A stretch of 64,000 nucleotides of DNA. Origin: Candidatus Schekmanbacteria bacterium (GTDB taxonomy: Bacteria; SZUA-182). Position numbers and translations under genes: made by a program. The DNA lies in the NCBI GenBank assembly GCA_016235675.1, contig JACRJN010000131.1, positions 1,779 to 65,778 on the forward strand, written 5' to 3'. The first letter of the stretch is position 1. Each line of letters opens with the position of its first letter. The notes below the pieces were generated by a model, which did no database searches, was not told the DNA's origin, and worked only from the letters and a program-made list of their open reading frames with translations. Shown here one piece after another: positions 37,413-46,564 of the stretch.

Positions 37413-38842
37413 AACCGGTACAAGCGCGCCTTTTCCTGGGCGGCAAAAAAACCGCTCAGCCAAAGTAATACGGGAAACAAAAGAATTAACATGCACTTAT
37501 AAGCGATAGCCACGCTTATTGCTTCAATATTAATCAGTACCCCCGCCAAATATAAAGCTAAGCTAATCGCTATTAATTTGATGATACGACCAAATTCATA
37601 TCTGACAGGATAAAGCTTCATCGAAAGAACGACTATCATAATAAATTGAAAAATATAGGCCAGCAACGTCGCATAAGCCGCCCCCATCATCCCAAAAGAT
37701 GGGATCCAAAGAAAATTCAATCCGACATTCAACAGCGCAGCAATTCCTACAGCCGTGCTGAAATATGAAGTTTTACTCTTCAAATATACACCGACCGCCA
37801 CTACATTGAACAGCCCGTAAAATAACTGGGATAGGGCAATGATCGGAATCACCCGGTAAGCCTCTAAAAATTTAGGCGTGGTGGCTAAAATAATAATTTC
37901 CCTGGCCAATATCGATAAGGACAGGCAGACAAAGGACATTATCGCAAAAAAATAAGTGCTGGTTTTGGAATATAACTCGTTGGCATTTGGCGATTTTTCG
38001 TTGGAAAACACAAATTGCGGCCAGGCCAGTTGAAAAGCCCAGGCCAGAAACCACAGAATTTCCCCGAATCTATAGCCTAATGAATAGATACCCACTTGAT
38101 CCAGCGTACTATACATTTTTAACATGTATCTGTCCGACAGGGTTAAGATTATCCCGCCGATGCCGGAGAAGATTAAGGGAACGCCGAACCGCAGCAGACT
38201 TTTTGCTTCGGTTAAAGAAAACCGAAAAGGCACATCCCTTAAAATCCAGGGGATAAGAATGAGGCAAACTAACAAACCGGCCAGGCATTGACTGATTAAA
38301 ATCCCCCAGAACCCTTTTTTAAATGCCACTACTAAAAAAATAGTCAATAACAAGGTAAAACCGGTATCGGATAAAGTCAGTACGGCATATTTCTTCGATT
38401 CGCCTTGCGCCCGCAGGCAGGAAAAAGGGATTTTGGCCAATTGGGAAAAAACACCGGTTAAAGACACGATGATCACGGCATTGGCATAAACCGGGCTTCC
38501 CAGCAACAATCTGGAAATCCCGGCTGAATTAACAATAATAATGCCCATCACCGGCAGAGAAATCAGCAGCATTATAAATCCGGAGGTGCTTAAAACCAGG
38601 TTTTTCCCCTCCGGTGTCTCGGCCTTAAAATAATTTTTAAATATGGCGCTGCTCATCCCCAGGTTTAAAAATATAAACAAAAAGGAGCCGAACAGGGAAC
38701 ATAAAGACAAGATTCCATAATCCGCGGGCGTCAGATAACGGGTATAAAGCGGAATCAGCAAAAATCCCACTATTTTCCCGGCGGTATTTCCTAAAACATA
38801 GAAAATACTATCGGAAAATAATTTTTTAATTTTGGAAAACAT
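37388..38842 (-). CDS. Polysaccharide flippase (Wzx, MOP superfamily)
   Basis: 484 aa with about 12 TM helices and an N-terminus typical of polysaccharide biosynthesis protein family members. Confidence 0.75.
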   Translation of the reverse strand: MFSKIKKLFSDSIFYVLGNTAGKIVGFLLIPLYTRYLTPADYGILSLCSLFGSFLFIFLNLGMSSAIFKNYFKAETPEGKNLVLSTSGFIMLLISLPVMGIIIVNSAGISRLLLGSPVYANAVIIVSLTGVFSQLAKIPFSCLRAQGESKKYAVLTLSDTGFTLLLTIFLVVAFKKGFWGILISQCLAGLLVCLILIPWILRDVPFRFSLTEAKSLLRFGVPLIFSGIGGIILTLSDRYMLKMYSTLDQVGIYSLGYRFGEILWFLAWAFQLAWPQFVFSNEKSPNANELYSKTSTYFFAIMSFVCLSLSILAREIIILATTPKFLEAYRVIPIIALSQLFYGLFNVVAVGVYLKSKTSYFSTAVGIAALLNVGLNFLWIPSFGMMGAAYATLLAYIFQFIMIVVLSMKLYPVRYEFGRIIKLIAISLALYLAGVLINIEAISVAIAYKCMLILLFPVLLWLSGFFAAQEKARLYRLWEFCRIS

Positions 38843-40157
38843 ATTTCTTTAATTCTTGATTCAACACACCGGCCAATAAATGGGTTAAATTCCGGCTGTT
38901 GAATTTTTTCCACAATACACTCGGTTGTTCTTTCAATGTTCCATTAATATATTGGAGATAAAATTCCTTGATTGCCTCTTTGATCTGAAGAATATCCTCC
39001 GGATCGACAACCTTTCCGGAAACATTTTCCGACGAAAACAAATCGGCTAAAGCCCCTGGCTCAGCCAGCGCCAATATCGGCTTGCCCGCCGCAAAATATT
39101 CAAATGTTTTAGAGGGAATCTGACAACATCCCAGATAAATATTGGTCAACAAAAGCAAATGGGCTGAATTCATTAATTCTAAAGCTTTTTTATGCTCTAC
39201 CTGCTTTTTCCAGGTTACCAGCTTGCCTAAACCCGACTTTTCAATCAAATCAAAGTATTTATGAAAACCGCTACCCGCAAAAACCAGTTGAATCTTGTCC
39301 TCTAACGTTTTGTCTTCGTTGAGTAATTCCCTTAGTGCAAAAAAGAAATTCGACGGATTGCGGGCGGAATAAAAAGACCCGGTAAAAACTATAGTAAATT
39401 TTTCATAGTGTTGTTTGCTTAATTTAGAAAAATCGGCCTCATCGAATCCGTTATTGATGACGATTACTTTATTTTCCTGAATGTTATGATTTAAAACCAG
39501 TTGTTTCTTTAAAGTTTCGGTGTTAGCGATAACGACATCTGCATTTAAAACCGCCGATTTTTCACAAATCCAGGCCACTTTGTTCAACCAGGGATGACTC
39601 CACATGTTATTATAATCACTAGCCCATGGGTCTCTGAAATCCACCACCAGCGGCTTGCCGCTGATTTTCTTCAACCACACCGCGGTAATAAAGGTGGAAA
39701 AAGGCCCGCCCGTTGCGTAAATAGCGTCGATTTTTTGAGTATAAATCAAATATAGTCCGGCAATAAAGGCAAAAGGAATCCAGCCGACCGCCTCATCAGG
39801 CGTTCTTAATAAATCCGCCGGAATCTTTTTCCAGGAGACTTTGCTTTTGGGGGCCGGATTCTTTCCGCCTTTAATCCCGTCACCGTCCGGCGATTTTTTA
39901 ACAATCTTTCTGACGGCTTTAATTATCTGCGAGTAACGACTATAAAAAAGCCAGGCCGGGGTTCGGTAAATTTTTGCCACCGGGGGCACTTCATTGACTA
40001 AATTGTTATCGATAATCTCATATTTTTTCTCATCCAGCGTCAGAATTATCGGCTGCCAGCCTTCATCAGGCAGGTATTTACTAAAACGCAAAGTTCTATA
40101 TGTGCCCGTTCTGGCAGACGGGGGATAGGCATAGGCCAGCATCAGTAGTTTTTTCAT
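38826..40157 (-). CDS. Glycosyltransferase (GT4-like)
   Basis: GT-B fold; a start at 'MKKLLMLAYAYPP' is preferred. Confidence 0.6.
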   Translation of the reverse strand: MKKLLMLAYAYPPSARTGTYRTLRFSKYLPDEGWQPIILTLDEKKYEIIDNNLVNEVPPVAKIYRTPAWLFYSRYSQIIKAVRKIVKKSPDGDGIKGGKNPAPKSKVSWKKIPADLLRTPDEAVGWIPFAFIAGLYLIYTQKIDAIYATGGPFSTFITAVWLKKISGKPLVVDFRDPWASDYNNMWSHPWLNKVAWICEKSAVLNADVVIANTETLKKQLVLNHNIQENKVIVINNGFDEADFSKLSKQHYEKFTIVFTGSFYSARNPSNFFFALRELLNEDKTLEDKIQLVFAGSGFHKYFDLIEKSGLGKLVTWKKQVEHKKALELMNSAHLLLLTNIYLGCCQIPSKTFEYFAAGKPILALAEPGALADLFSSENVSGKVVDPEDILQIKEAIKEFYLQYINGTLKEQPSVLWKKFNSRNLTHLLAGVLNQELKKYVFQN

Positions 40158-40177
40158 ATCCGTTTTCCCCATATTAT

Positions 40178-40957
40178 TCAGCCTGAGCATTTCAGGTAAA
40201 GCACCCCGATCCAGCTTTTTTGTTTTAAAGGAATCTTTTTTAGAAGCTTCTCAAAAGCCCCGCAAATCATAGTTACTATATTTCTTTGGGTATAAGGAAA
40301 TTCCGTGTTGCCGCAGCGCAGGCAAACCGTATGTTCTTCGGCCTTAAACCAGCGGTTTCCTAATTTTTGTTTGATAATTAAGATTAAATTACTTTTATAT
40401 TCCCTGTTTTCGCCGAAAAAGGCGTATTTAATCGGTTTATACCCGGAAAATAGGTTTTCCAGATCTTTCGTGCCCTTAAAATCACGGATATGCTGCCAGA
40501 CATGAAAGATATTAGCGCATTTTTCGCACTTGATAAAGCCGCTTCTTAAGTTTTGCCGGTATGGTACGGTGACCAGGATGTATTTTTTACTGACATTTTG
40601 AACGTTTCTTACCGTCTCATAAAAGAAATCATCCGTTAAATGCTCTAAAACCTCAGTCAGCATCACTAAATCGAAGCTATTTTCCTTGAAGGCTAATTTT
40701 TTGATTTCCGTGCAGGTTTTAGCGGCTTTTAATTTTTTTAAGGGATGGAAAATAAAATCCGCGCCTACCACCCAATAATCGGAGGCCAATAAATTGGCAA
40801 TCCGCCCATCGCCGCAACCGATGTCTAAAATTGTTTTCACATCTTCCGGGATTAGATTTATGGTGGAACAAATCCGGTCGTGTTCTTTTTCCGTTAAGGA
40901 TTCGTCAGTTTTGTCGAAGATATTTGTATAATATTCTTTTAGGTAAGATGCTTCCAT
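40178..40957 (-). CDS. Class I SAM-dependent methyltransferase
   Basis: 'ILDIGCGDGRI' is motif I. Confidence 0.7.
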   Translation of the reverse strand: MEASYLKEYYTNIFDKTDESLTEKEHDRICSTINLIPEDVKTILDIGCGDGRIANLLASDYWVVGADFIFHPLKKLKAAKTCTEIKKLAFKENSFDLVMLTEVLEHLTDDFFYETVRNVQNVSKKYILVTVPYRQNLRSGFIKCEKCANIFHVWQHIRDFKGTKDLENLFSGYKPIKYAFFGENREYKSNLILIIKQKLGNRWFKAEEHTVCLRCGNTEFPYTQRNIVTMICGAFEKLLKKIPLKQKSWIGVLYLKCSG

Positions 40958-40984
40958 ATATTCTTTAAAACTCTAAGAAAGGTA

Positions 40985-41100
40985 AAAGCGTCATTGCGCG
41001 CGAAAGCGAAGCAATCTTCGTTCGTGCGTCTGAGATTGCTTCGGCAATAAAGCCGCCTCGCAATGACATTTGCATTATCCATTGTCAATTGTCCATTATC
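40985..41100. repeat. Family D long hairpin plus CCATTGTCAATTGTCCATTATC heptamer-like tail
   Basis: 'gtcattgcgcgcgaaagcgaagcaatcttcgttcgtgcgtctgagattgcttcggcaataaagccgcctcgcaatgac'. Confidence 0.75.
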
Positions 41101-41731
41101 AAGGCAGCCAGGGGTCGAGCGCCGGAAGCAATCCCTGGATAAAATCCTCCAGATCAGCCTGGGAGTCGGCGGAGACCCGCACCAAACCGCTGGCGCAATA
41201 GCCGTTGACCAGGCTGGAGCAGATATTGGCCGTCATCTGGCTGAATCTGTCGGTCATTTGCTTTTTGCCCTGGGCAAACCACCAATAGAGAACGGTCGAC
41301 CTTCCCTGGTCAATTTTTTCCACTTCCAGTTTGTTGACCGCTATCCCGGCTTGGGCCAGCTTAACTACTTGCGTATTCAATCCGTCAGCCTTAACAATCG
41401 ACCAGCCTTGCGAGGTGTAGCAAGTCTGCACATCATGGGCGCCCCAGCGGTCGTTTTCATGAAATACCACCACTAACAGTATGCGTGCGCCGGATTCATT
41501 GCCGTATTCCCGGAAGATCAGGGCTTGCGGGCCAAGCGCAGAAAAGCTTTTCTCATCCATCGCGATGTCGGAAATATAGCGCCAGCCGCCGATTTGCCTG
41601 GGGAAGCTTTGGATTTTCTGCGCAAACGCCACCGAGCCGAATTCCCCCTGGCGGGGCTGGTTAAAAAATTCCAGATAGATACAAACGGGGATAAGTAAAG
41701 CGATTATAATCAGGAGGCGCTTATTTGGCAT
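41099..41731 (-). CDS. EpsI-family protein (exosortase-associated)
   Basis: About 210 aa with an N-terminal TM helix, located immediately downstream of the exosortase on the same strand. Confidence 0.55.
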   Translation of the reverse strand: MPNKRLLIIIALLIPVCIYLEFFNQPRQGEFGSVAFAQKIQSFPRQIGGWRYISDIAMDEKSFSALGPQALIFREYGNESGARILLVVVFHENDRWGAHDVQTCYTSQGWSIVKADGLNTQVVKLAQAGIAVNKLEVEKIDQGRSTVLYWWFAQGKKQMTDRFSQMTANICSSLVNGYCASGLVRVSADSQADLEDFIQGLLPALDPWLP

Positions 41732-42540
41732 TTCATGAGCCTTCCTATAAATAGTAAGCCGACGGCGGTCATGGCTACGATGATCAAACTGATCGCGGTT
41801 TCCCAATTAGTATTGGAAACGCTGATTCCCCAATAGTTGAGCAATAATATCGCGGTAATGATTCTGATACTGTTTCCCAGGATTACCAAGGGAATGGTAA
41901 AGGAAAAAAGTAACATTTTTTTAAAGCCGGTTCCCTGGGCTAAATAGGCGAAAACGGTTCCCATCATTAGAAAGGTAAACAGGGAGCGGATACCGCTGCA
42001 CGGGTCGGCTACTTCCAAAGCGCCCCTGCCGGTAGTGAGGATCACCCCTTCCCGGTAGACGGGGATTCCCAGACTCTGCACGATTTGCGCCGATAAGTAG
42101 CTGGACAACAGTTTCAGCCGGTAACTTACCGGGTCGATCAGGAATTGGGAGACCGGGATCATAAACAATAAAAACAGCAGGGGGAATAAAACCTCTTTGG
42201 TCGCATCAATGCCCCATTGGTATAAGCTTATCCCGATTAGCAAACCGATCAGGGAATAGGCGGTGATGAAATTTACCCCCATCCTCCTTCCGGCCAGCAG
42301 AATCAGCAGTGCGCCGAGGATGATAAACAAACCCAGGCTGGATGAACTTTGGGGGAATTGTTTCAGCTTGCCCTTCTTTTTCCAGATAATCCAGCCGCAG
42401 ATCAGCGGTACGGCGAATCCATGGGAGTAATCTGGATTTTCCCGCCAGCTTGCGATCAGCCAGACCAATATTGGCCGGTAGATGAGGATGATTAGGCCGG
42501 CGATGGTTATGTAGAGTATGTTTTTGTATGTGTTTTTCAT
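41710..42540 (-). CDS. Exosortase (XrtA/EpsH-like)
   Basis: 276 aa with 8 TM helices. 'DYSHGF', the conserved Cys in 'ADPCSGIRS' and an Arg match exosortase signatures. Confidence 0.7.
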   Translation of the reverse strand: MKNTYKNILYITIAGLIILIYRPILVWLIASWRENPDYSHGFAVPLICGWIIWKKKGKLKQFPQSSSSLGLFIILGALLILLAGRRMGVNFITAYSLIGLLIGISLYQWGIDATKEVLFPLLFLLFMIPVSQFLIDPVSYRLKLLSSYLSAQIVQSLGIPVYREGVILTTGRGALEVADPCSGIRSLFTFLMMGTVFAYLAQGTGFKKMLLFSFTIPLVILGNSIRIITAILLLNYWGISVSNTNWETAISLIIVAMTAVGLLFIGRLMKCQISAS

Positions 42541-42700
42541 TTTTGTTGTCAGTTGTCAGTTGTCGGTTTTAATTCTTTAACTGACAACCGACAACTGACA
42601 ACTTTTTTTCATCACCAGCCGTAGTCCCAGCCCTTTAGGGCTGAATTTCCGGGGCTAAAGCCCCGGCACTACGGCTACGGCTACGGCTGACAATCGCCTG
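42541..42700. repeat. TGTCAGTTGTC heptamer-array hairpin followed by a family B GTAG element
   Basis: 'ttttgttgtcagttgtcagttgtcgg..ccgacaactgacaact' is followed by 'cgtagtcccagccctttagggctgaatttccggggctaaagccccggcactacggctacgg'. Confidence 0.8.
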
Positions 42701-42705
42701 TACCG

Positions 42706-43446
42706 TCAGCCGCTTTTCTTCTCCATCACCAGCTTAAAAGCGCTTCTGGTAAAAAATGCACCATACCGGTTGGCTAAAATCTTTTCAAAGCTTTTTAATT
42801 TCGCCGGAACCAACCAATCTACCCGCGGGTTAGTGTAGCCGCATTGCTTCAGCAGTTCGATCCAAAGATCGGGCGTTTGATGCTTATGCCATTCAATCGT
42901 AGAGGATAGAGGGTTTTTCATTCCCAGTGTGTCGAAGAAATTATAGGGAGAACAGTCCAGGATTACAATTTTCCCGCCATTTTTGGTAATGCCGCTTAAT
43001 TTAGTGAAGATGGACAGGTATTTTTCCCGCGCCGCCCGGCTGGTTCTTAATCCGACACAGGCTTTCTCATCTAAATGATTGATGGAACTGTGCGATAAAA
43101 TCAGATCGAACGAAAGCCCGTTGGGTGCAAATTCCTGCAAGGTTTGCGGATAGCAAACGATATTCGCTAATTTAAGGGCCGCGGCCATTTTGTTGAATAC
43201 CGCGGCGGAACTGCTGCTGCTCCCGGCCTCTTCCGGCTCAAGACCGATGACCTGCGCCGCTCCCCGGCAGGCACTGTAAATGCTCATCAATCCCGTCCCG
43301 CAACCGATGTCCAGGATGTTTTTGTCTGCAAGATCGACGCCGTCTAAAAAGCGGTCGATATACCCTTGCGCCAAAGCCGGTGTTTTAAATCCGATTTCCT
43401 GCACCGCTAAAGATAAAAAATGATCTGTTAATGTTTGGCTGGTCAA
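42706..43446 (-). CDS. Class I SAM-dependent methyltransferase
   Basis: 'ILDIGCGTGL' is motif I. Confidence 0.7.
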   Translation of the reverse strand: MTSQTLTDHFLSLAVQEIGFKTPALAQGYIDRFLDGVDLADKNILDIGCGTGLMSIYSACRGAAQVIGLEPEEAGSSSSSAAVFNKMAAALKLANIVCYPQTLQEFAPNGLSFDLILSHSSINHLDEKACVGLRTSRAAREKYLSIFTKLSGITKNGGKIVILDCSPYNFFDTLGMKNPLSSTIEWHKHQTPDLWIELLKQCGYTNPRVDWLVPAKLKSFEKILANRYGAFFTRSAFKLVMEKKSG

Positions 43447-43469
43447 TGTTTTCTCAAATTAAAAGCCGG

Positions 43470-43562
43470 GCAAAATGTAGCGTTGGGGTTTATCCCCAAC
43501 ATTGCGGACGCAGGAGATACCCCTACGTAAAAAGCGGGGGATAAACCCCCGCGCTACTTTAA
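43470..43562. repeat. Family H element
   Basis: 'tgtagcgttggggtttatccccaac...gcgggggataaacccccgcgctac'. Confidence 0.8.
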
Positions 43563-43586
43563 AAAATCTTGGTGTGAATTATTTCC

Positions 43587-45500
43587 TCAATTATGCACAG
43601 GCGGATGAAACTCCGGCACTACCTCTTGCAGCTTTTTGATAATCCCCTCGAATTCCATTTTCAAAGATAACACCTGCAATTCTTTAATGTTTTTATACAA
43701 TGAAGTATTATACCTTGTTCCGTTCGGACATACCATCCAAATTTTATTTTGGTTAGTTTTAAGTACGTCCTCTTTTTTCATCGCCAATTCTTCATAAAGT
43801 TTTTCGCCGGGGCGCAGCCCGATGAAATCGATTGCAATATCCTTGCCCGGCTCGAATCCGGCCAGACGGATGGTCTCCTTGGCTAAATCGACGATTTTGA
43901 CCGGCTCTCCCATATCCAGGATGAAAATTTCTCCACCCTTGCCCATCGCACCCGCTTGTATCACCAATTGCGCCGCTTCCGGAATAGTCATGAAAAACCT
44001 GGTGATCTCCGGATGAGTGATGGTAATCGGGCCACCTCTGGCGATTTGCTCTTTGAAAAGCGGGATCACGCTGCCCCGACTGCCCAACACATTGCCGAAC
44101 CGTACCGCCGCGCAAATAGTTTTTTGATTGGGGCGGGACTGCACCAGCAATTCCGTAATCCGCTTGCAACAACCCATAACGCTGGAAGGATTGACCGCCT
44201 TATCCGAAGAAATGCAAACCACCCTCTCCGTCTCGAACTCTTCCGCTATTTCCAGTAAATTCAGGGTGCCGACAATGTTATTCAAAACCGCCTCGTCCGG
44301 ATTGCTCTCCATCAGGGGAACATGTTTATCCGCACCGGCATGAAAAATCACCTGCGGGCGGTATAATTTAAAAACACCCTCCAGCTTGCGTTTATTGATC
44401 ACATCGCCGATTACCTCTTTAAGCTCATATCCGTTGCGCCTGGAATTGCGCAATTCGTTGGCGATACAAAAAATACTGTGCTCACCCCTTCCGAAAAGTA
44501 TCAATTGGCTGGGATGAAATTTCAGGATGTTCCGGCATAGCTCCGAACCTATGGAACCGCCGGCGCCGGTCACTAATACACGTTTACCGGTCAAATAAGG
44601 TAACTGCTCATTGAAATCGAATTCGACCCCTTCCCGGCCTAAAAGGTCTTCCACCTGCACGCCTCTTAAATTATTTATTTCTTTCCCCCTTAAGATTTCC
44701 TCAAGCTGCGGCACCAGCCTGATTTTGCTATACAAAGCCGGATCGGTTTTATCCATCAACTCCCGCAGCTTTTTGCCTTGGAGGGACGGAATAGAGATAA
44801 TAATTTCCTCGATCTTTTTATCCTTTACAATTTTAGCTAAATCCTTGATCGCCCCTAAAACCTCGATGCCGTGGATTCTTAAACCCCGTTTAGCGGGGTC
44901 ATCATCAATAAAACCAATTATGTTATACTTTTGATTTAATTTTTCCCGATTCGTAATCCCCCGCAGCGTCATTTCCCCTAAATCGCCCGCTCCCAATATC
45001 AGCGCCCGTTTTTGCGATTCACCGTAACATGATAAATTATTATGCCCCTCGAAACGGATAGTCTTAATCAGGCTATGATATATTCTGTGGTAAAACCTCA
45101 TAGAACCAATGACAAACATATTTAACAACCAATCGACCACAAAAACCGAACGCGGATACCCTACCGGGTAATGCAGATTAAAATATAACAAGACACTCAA
45201 AGCGATACATAACGAGCTAAAAGAAACGGCTTTGACCAAGGTTATTAAATCATCTATTCCGGCATATTTATAAATTGATTTATAGGTGCCGAAATAAAGC
45301 AGGCTAAAAATTCTGACGACAACGGTTACAATCAGGGAATGAAGGAACAAGGTATAATATTTTGCGGGAATATTCCCATCGAAACGCAGGATAAAGGCCA
45401 GATAATAAGAGCAGATTATAACAATAAAATCAAGAAAACATAATAACATCCTTCTCTTGTTTCTCAGGCTTCTCAATTTTAAAAGCATATTTTGAGACAT
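43587..45500 (-). CDS. Membrane-anchored UDP-sugar 4,6-dehydratase / polysaccharide biosynthesis protein (CapD/PglF/WbpM family)
   Basis: N-terminal TM helices, a Rossmann 'VLVTGAGGSIGSEL' motif and an SDR catalytic region. Confidence 0.85.
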   Translation of the reverse strand: MSQNMLLKLRSLRNKRRMLLCFLDFIVIICSYYLAFILRFDGNIPAKYYTLFLHSLIVTVVVRIFSLLYFGTYKSIYKYAGIDDLITLVKAVSFSSLCIALSVLLYFNLHYPVGYPRSVFVVDWLLNMFVIGSMRFYHRIYHSLIKTIRFEGHNNLSCYGESQKRALILGAGDLGEMTLRGITNREKLNQKYNIIGFIDDDPAKRGLRIHGIEVLGAIKDLAKIVKDKKIEEIIISIPSLQGKKLRELMDKTDPALYSKIRLVPQLEEILRGKEINNLRGVQVEDLLGREGVEFDFNEQLPYLTGKRVLVTGAGGSIGSELCRNILKFHPSQLILFGRGEHSIFCIANELRNSRRNGYELKEVIGDVINKRKLEGVFKLYRPQVIFHAGADKHVPLMESNPDEAVLNNIVGTLNLLEIAEEFETERVVCISSDKAVNPSSVMGCCKRITELLVQSRPNQKTICAAVRFGNVLGSRGSVIPLFKEQIARGGPITITHPEITRFFMTIPEAAQLVIQAGAMGKGGEIFILDMGEPVKIVDLAKETIRLAGFEPGKDIAIDFIGLRPGEKLYEELAMKKEDVLKTNQNKIWMVCPNGTRYNTSLYKNIKELQVLSLKMEFEGIIKKLQEVVPEFHPPVHN

Positions 45501-45866
45501 AAATCGGTTACCTCTTTGATTTCATAAATCCCCCCCCTCTTTAAAATTGCGTTTTTAAGTTATGAAATCTCAATTAAATAATCCACGATGTTAAAGATAT
45601 TCAAATTCTATATGATGTTTATATATGTGTCAAGAAAAAAAGTAGTCATAACCAACAATTAGTGTAATTTTTTGGTTAATTCGGATATTATTATCATGTT
45701 ATAACTAATTATTATAGTAGTTTTATATAAACTATGTGCAGTAGTTATAATATATTTTATGACATATACTGACGAAAGATTATCTATACTCTGAATAAGG
45801 GATAGGCTATAATGTCTTTTAAAAGGTGCTCCTCTTTTATCCACTCGTTTATTTTGAGGATAAACA

Positions 45867-46103
45867 ATGATTATTAAAAAAAATATTCAAAAGGAAACAT
45901 CGTTGGAATTGCCTTGGCATTTATTAGAAAAAGCCCATCTTAAGGGGAAAATAAATATTATTGTGGAAGAAAATGAAATCCTGATTAAAAAACAAACTAA
46001 AAAATCTAAGGTTGTCGATGAAATGATCGGTCTGGGAAAGGGTATTTTTAGTGAAAACTCGCTAACTCTTCAGAAAAAAATTCGGGAGGATTGGAAACTG
46101 TGA
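45867..46103 (+). CDS. Putative antitoxin (VapB-like) of a PIN-domain TA pair
   Basis: 78 aa; its 3' end overlaps the PIN gene. No strong domain signature was recognised. Confidence 0.4.
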   Translation: MIIKKNIQKETSLELPWHLLEKAHLKGKINIIVEENEILIKKQTKKSKVVDEMIGLGKGIFSENSLTLQKKIREDWKL

Positions 46104-46531
46104 AAAGAATTGGTCTCGATACCAATATTTTTATGAGCGTTTTTTTGGAAGAAAAGGGGAAATTAGAAGCTTGCCTGGCGATTTTACAAAATATTCATGA
46201 CGGTATTCTGGAAGGGATTATCAGTGTAATTACATTAGTAGAAATAGCCGTACTTTTTTACCAAAAAAATGAATATCTAAAAGCTAAGAAAGCCTTATCC
46301 CTTATCAACTCTCTTTCAAATATTGCCATTATTGACATAACTCCACATTTGGCTTTAAAAATAGCTGCTATAAAAACTTCAGATAAATTATCTGTTGCGG
46401 ATGCAATTATTCTTGCCACAGCGGTACACGCATCTGCGGAAGCTTTTTTAACGTATGACCATGACTTTGCCAAAGTAAAAACCATCAGGTGCATTAAACC
46501 GGAAGATTATCTTCAAGAGATGAATATTTGA
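46100..46531 (+). CDS. PIN-domain ribonuclease (VapC-like toxin)
   Basis: 'IGLDTNIF' N-terminal acidic motif and a 'TYDHDF' C-terminal motif. Confidence 0.75.
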   Translation: MKRIGLDTNIFMSVFLEEKGKLEACLAILQNIHDGILEGIISVITLVEIAVLFYQKNEYLKAKKALSLINSLSNIAIIDITPHLALKIAAIKTSDKLSVADAIILATAVHASAEAFLTYDHDFAKVKTIRCIKPEDYLQEMNI

Positions 46532-46564
46532 TCGTTCATTTTATGCCCCTAAAGGACAAACACC

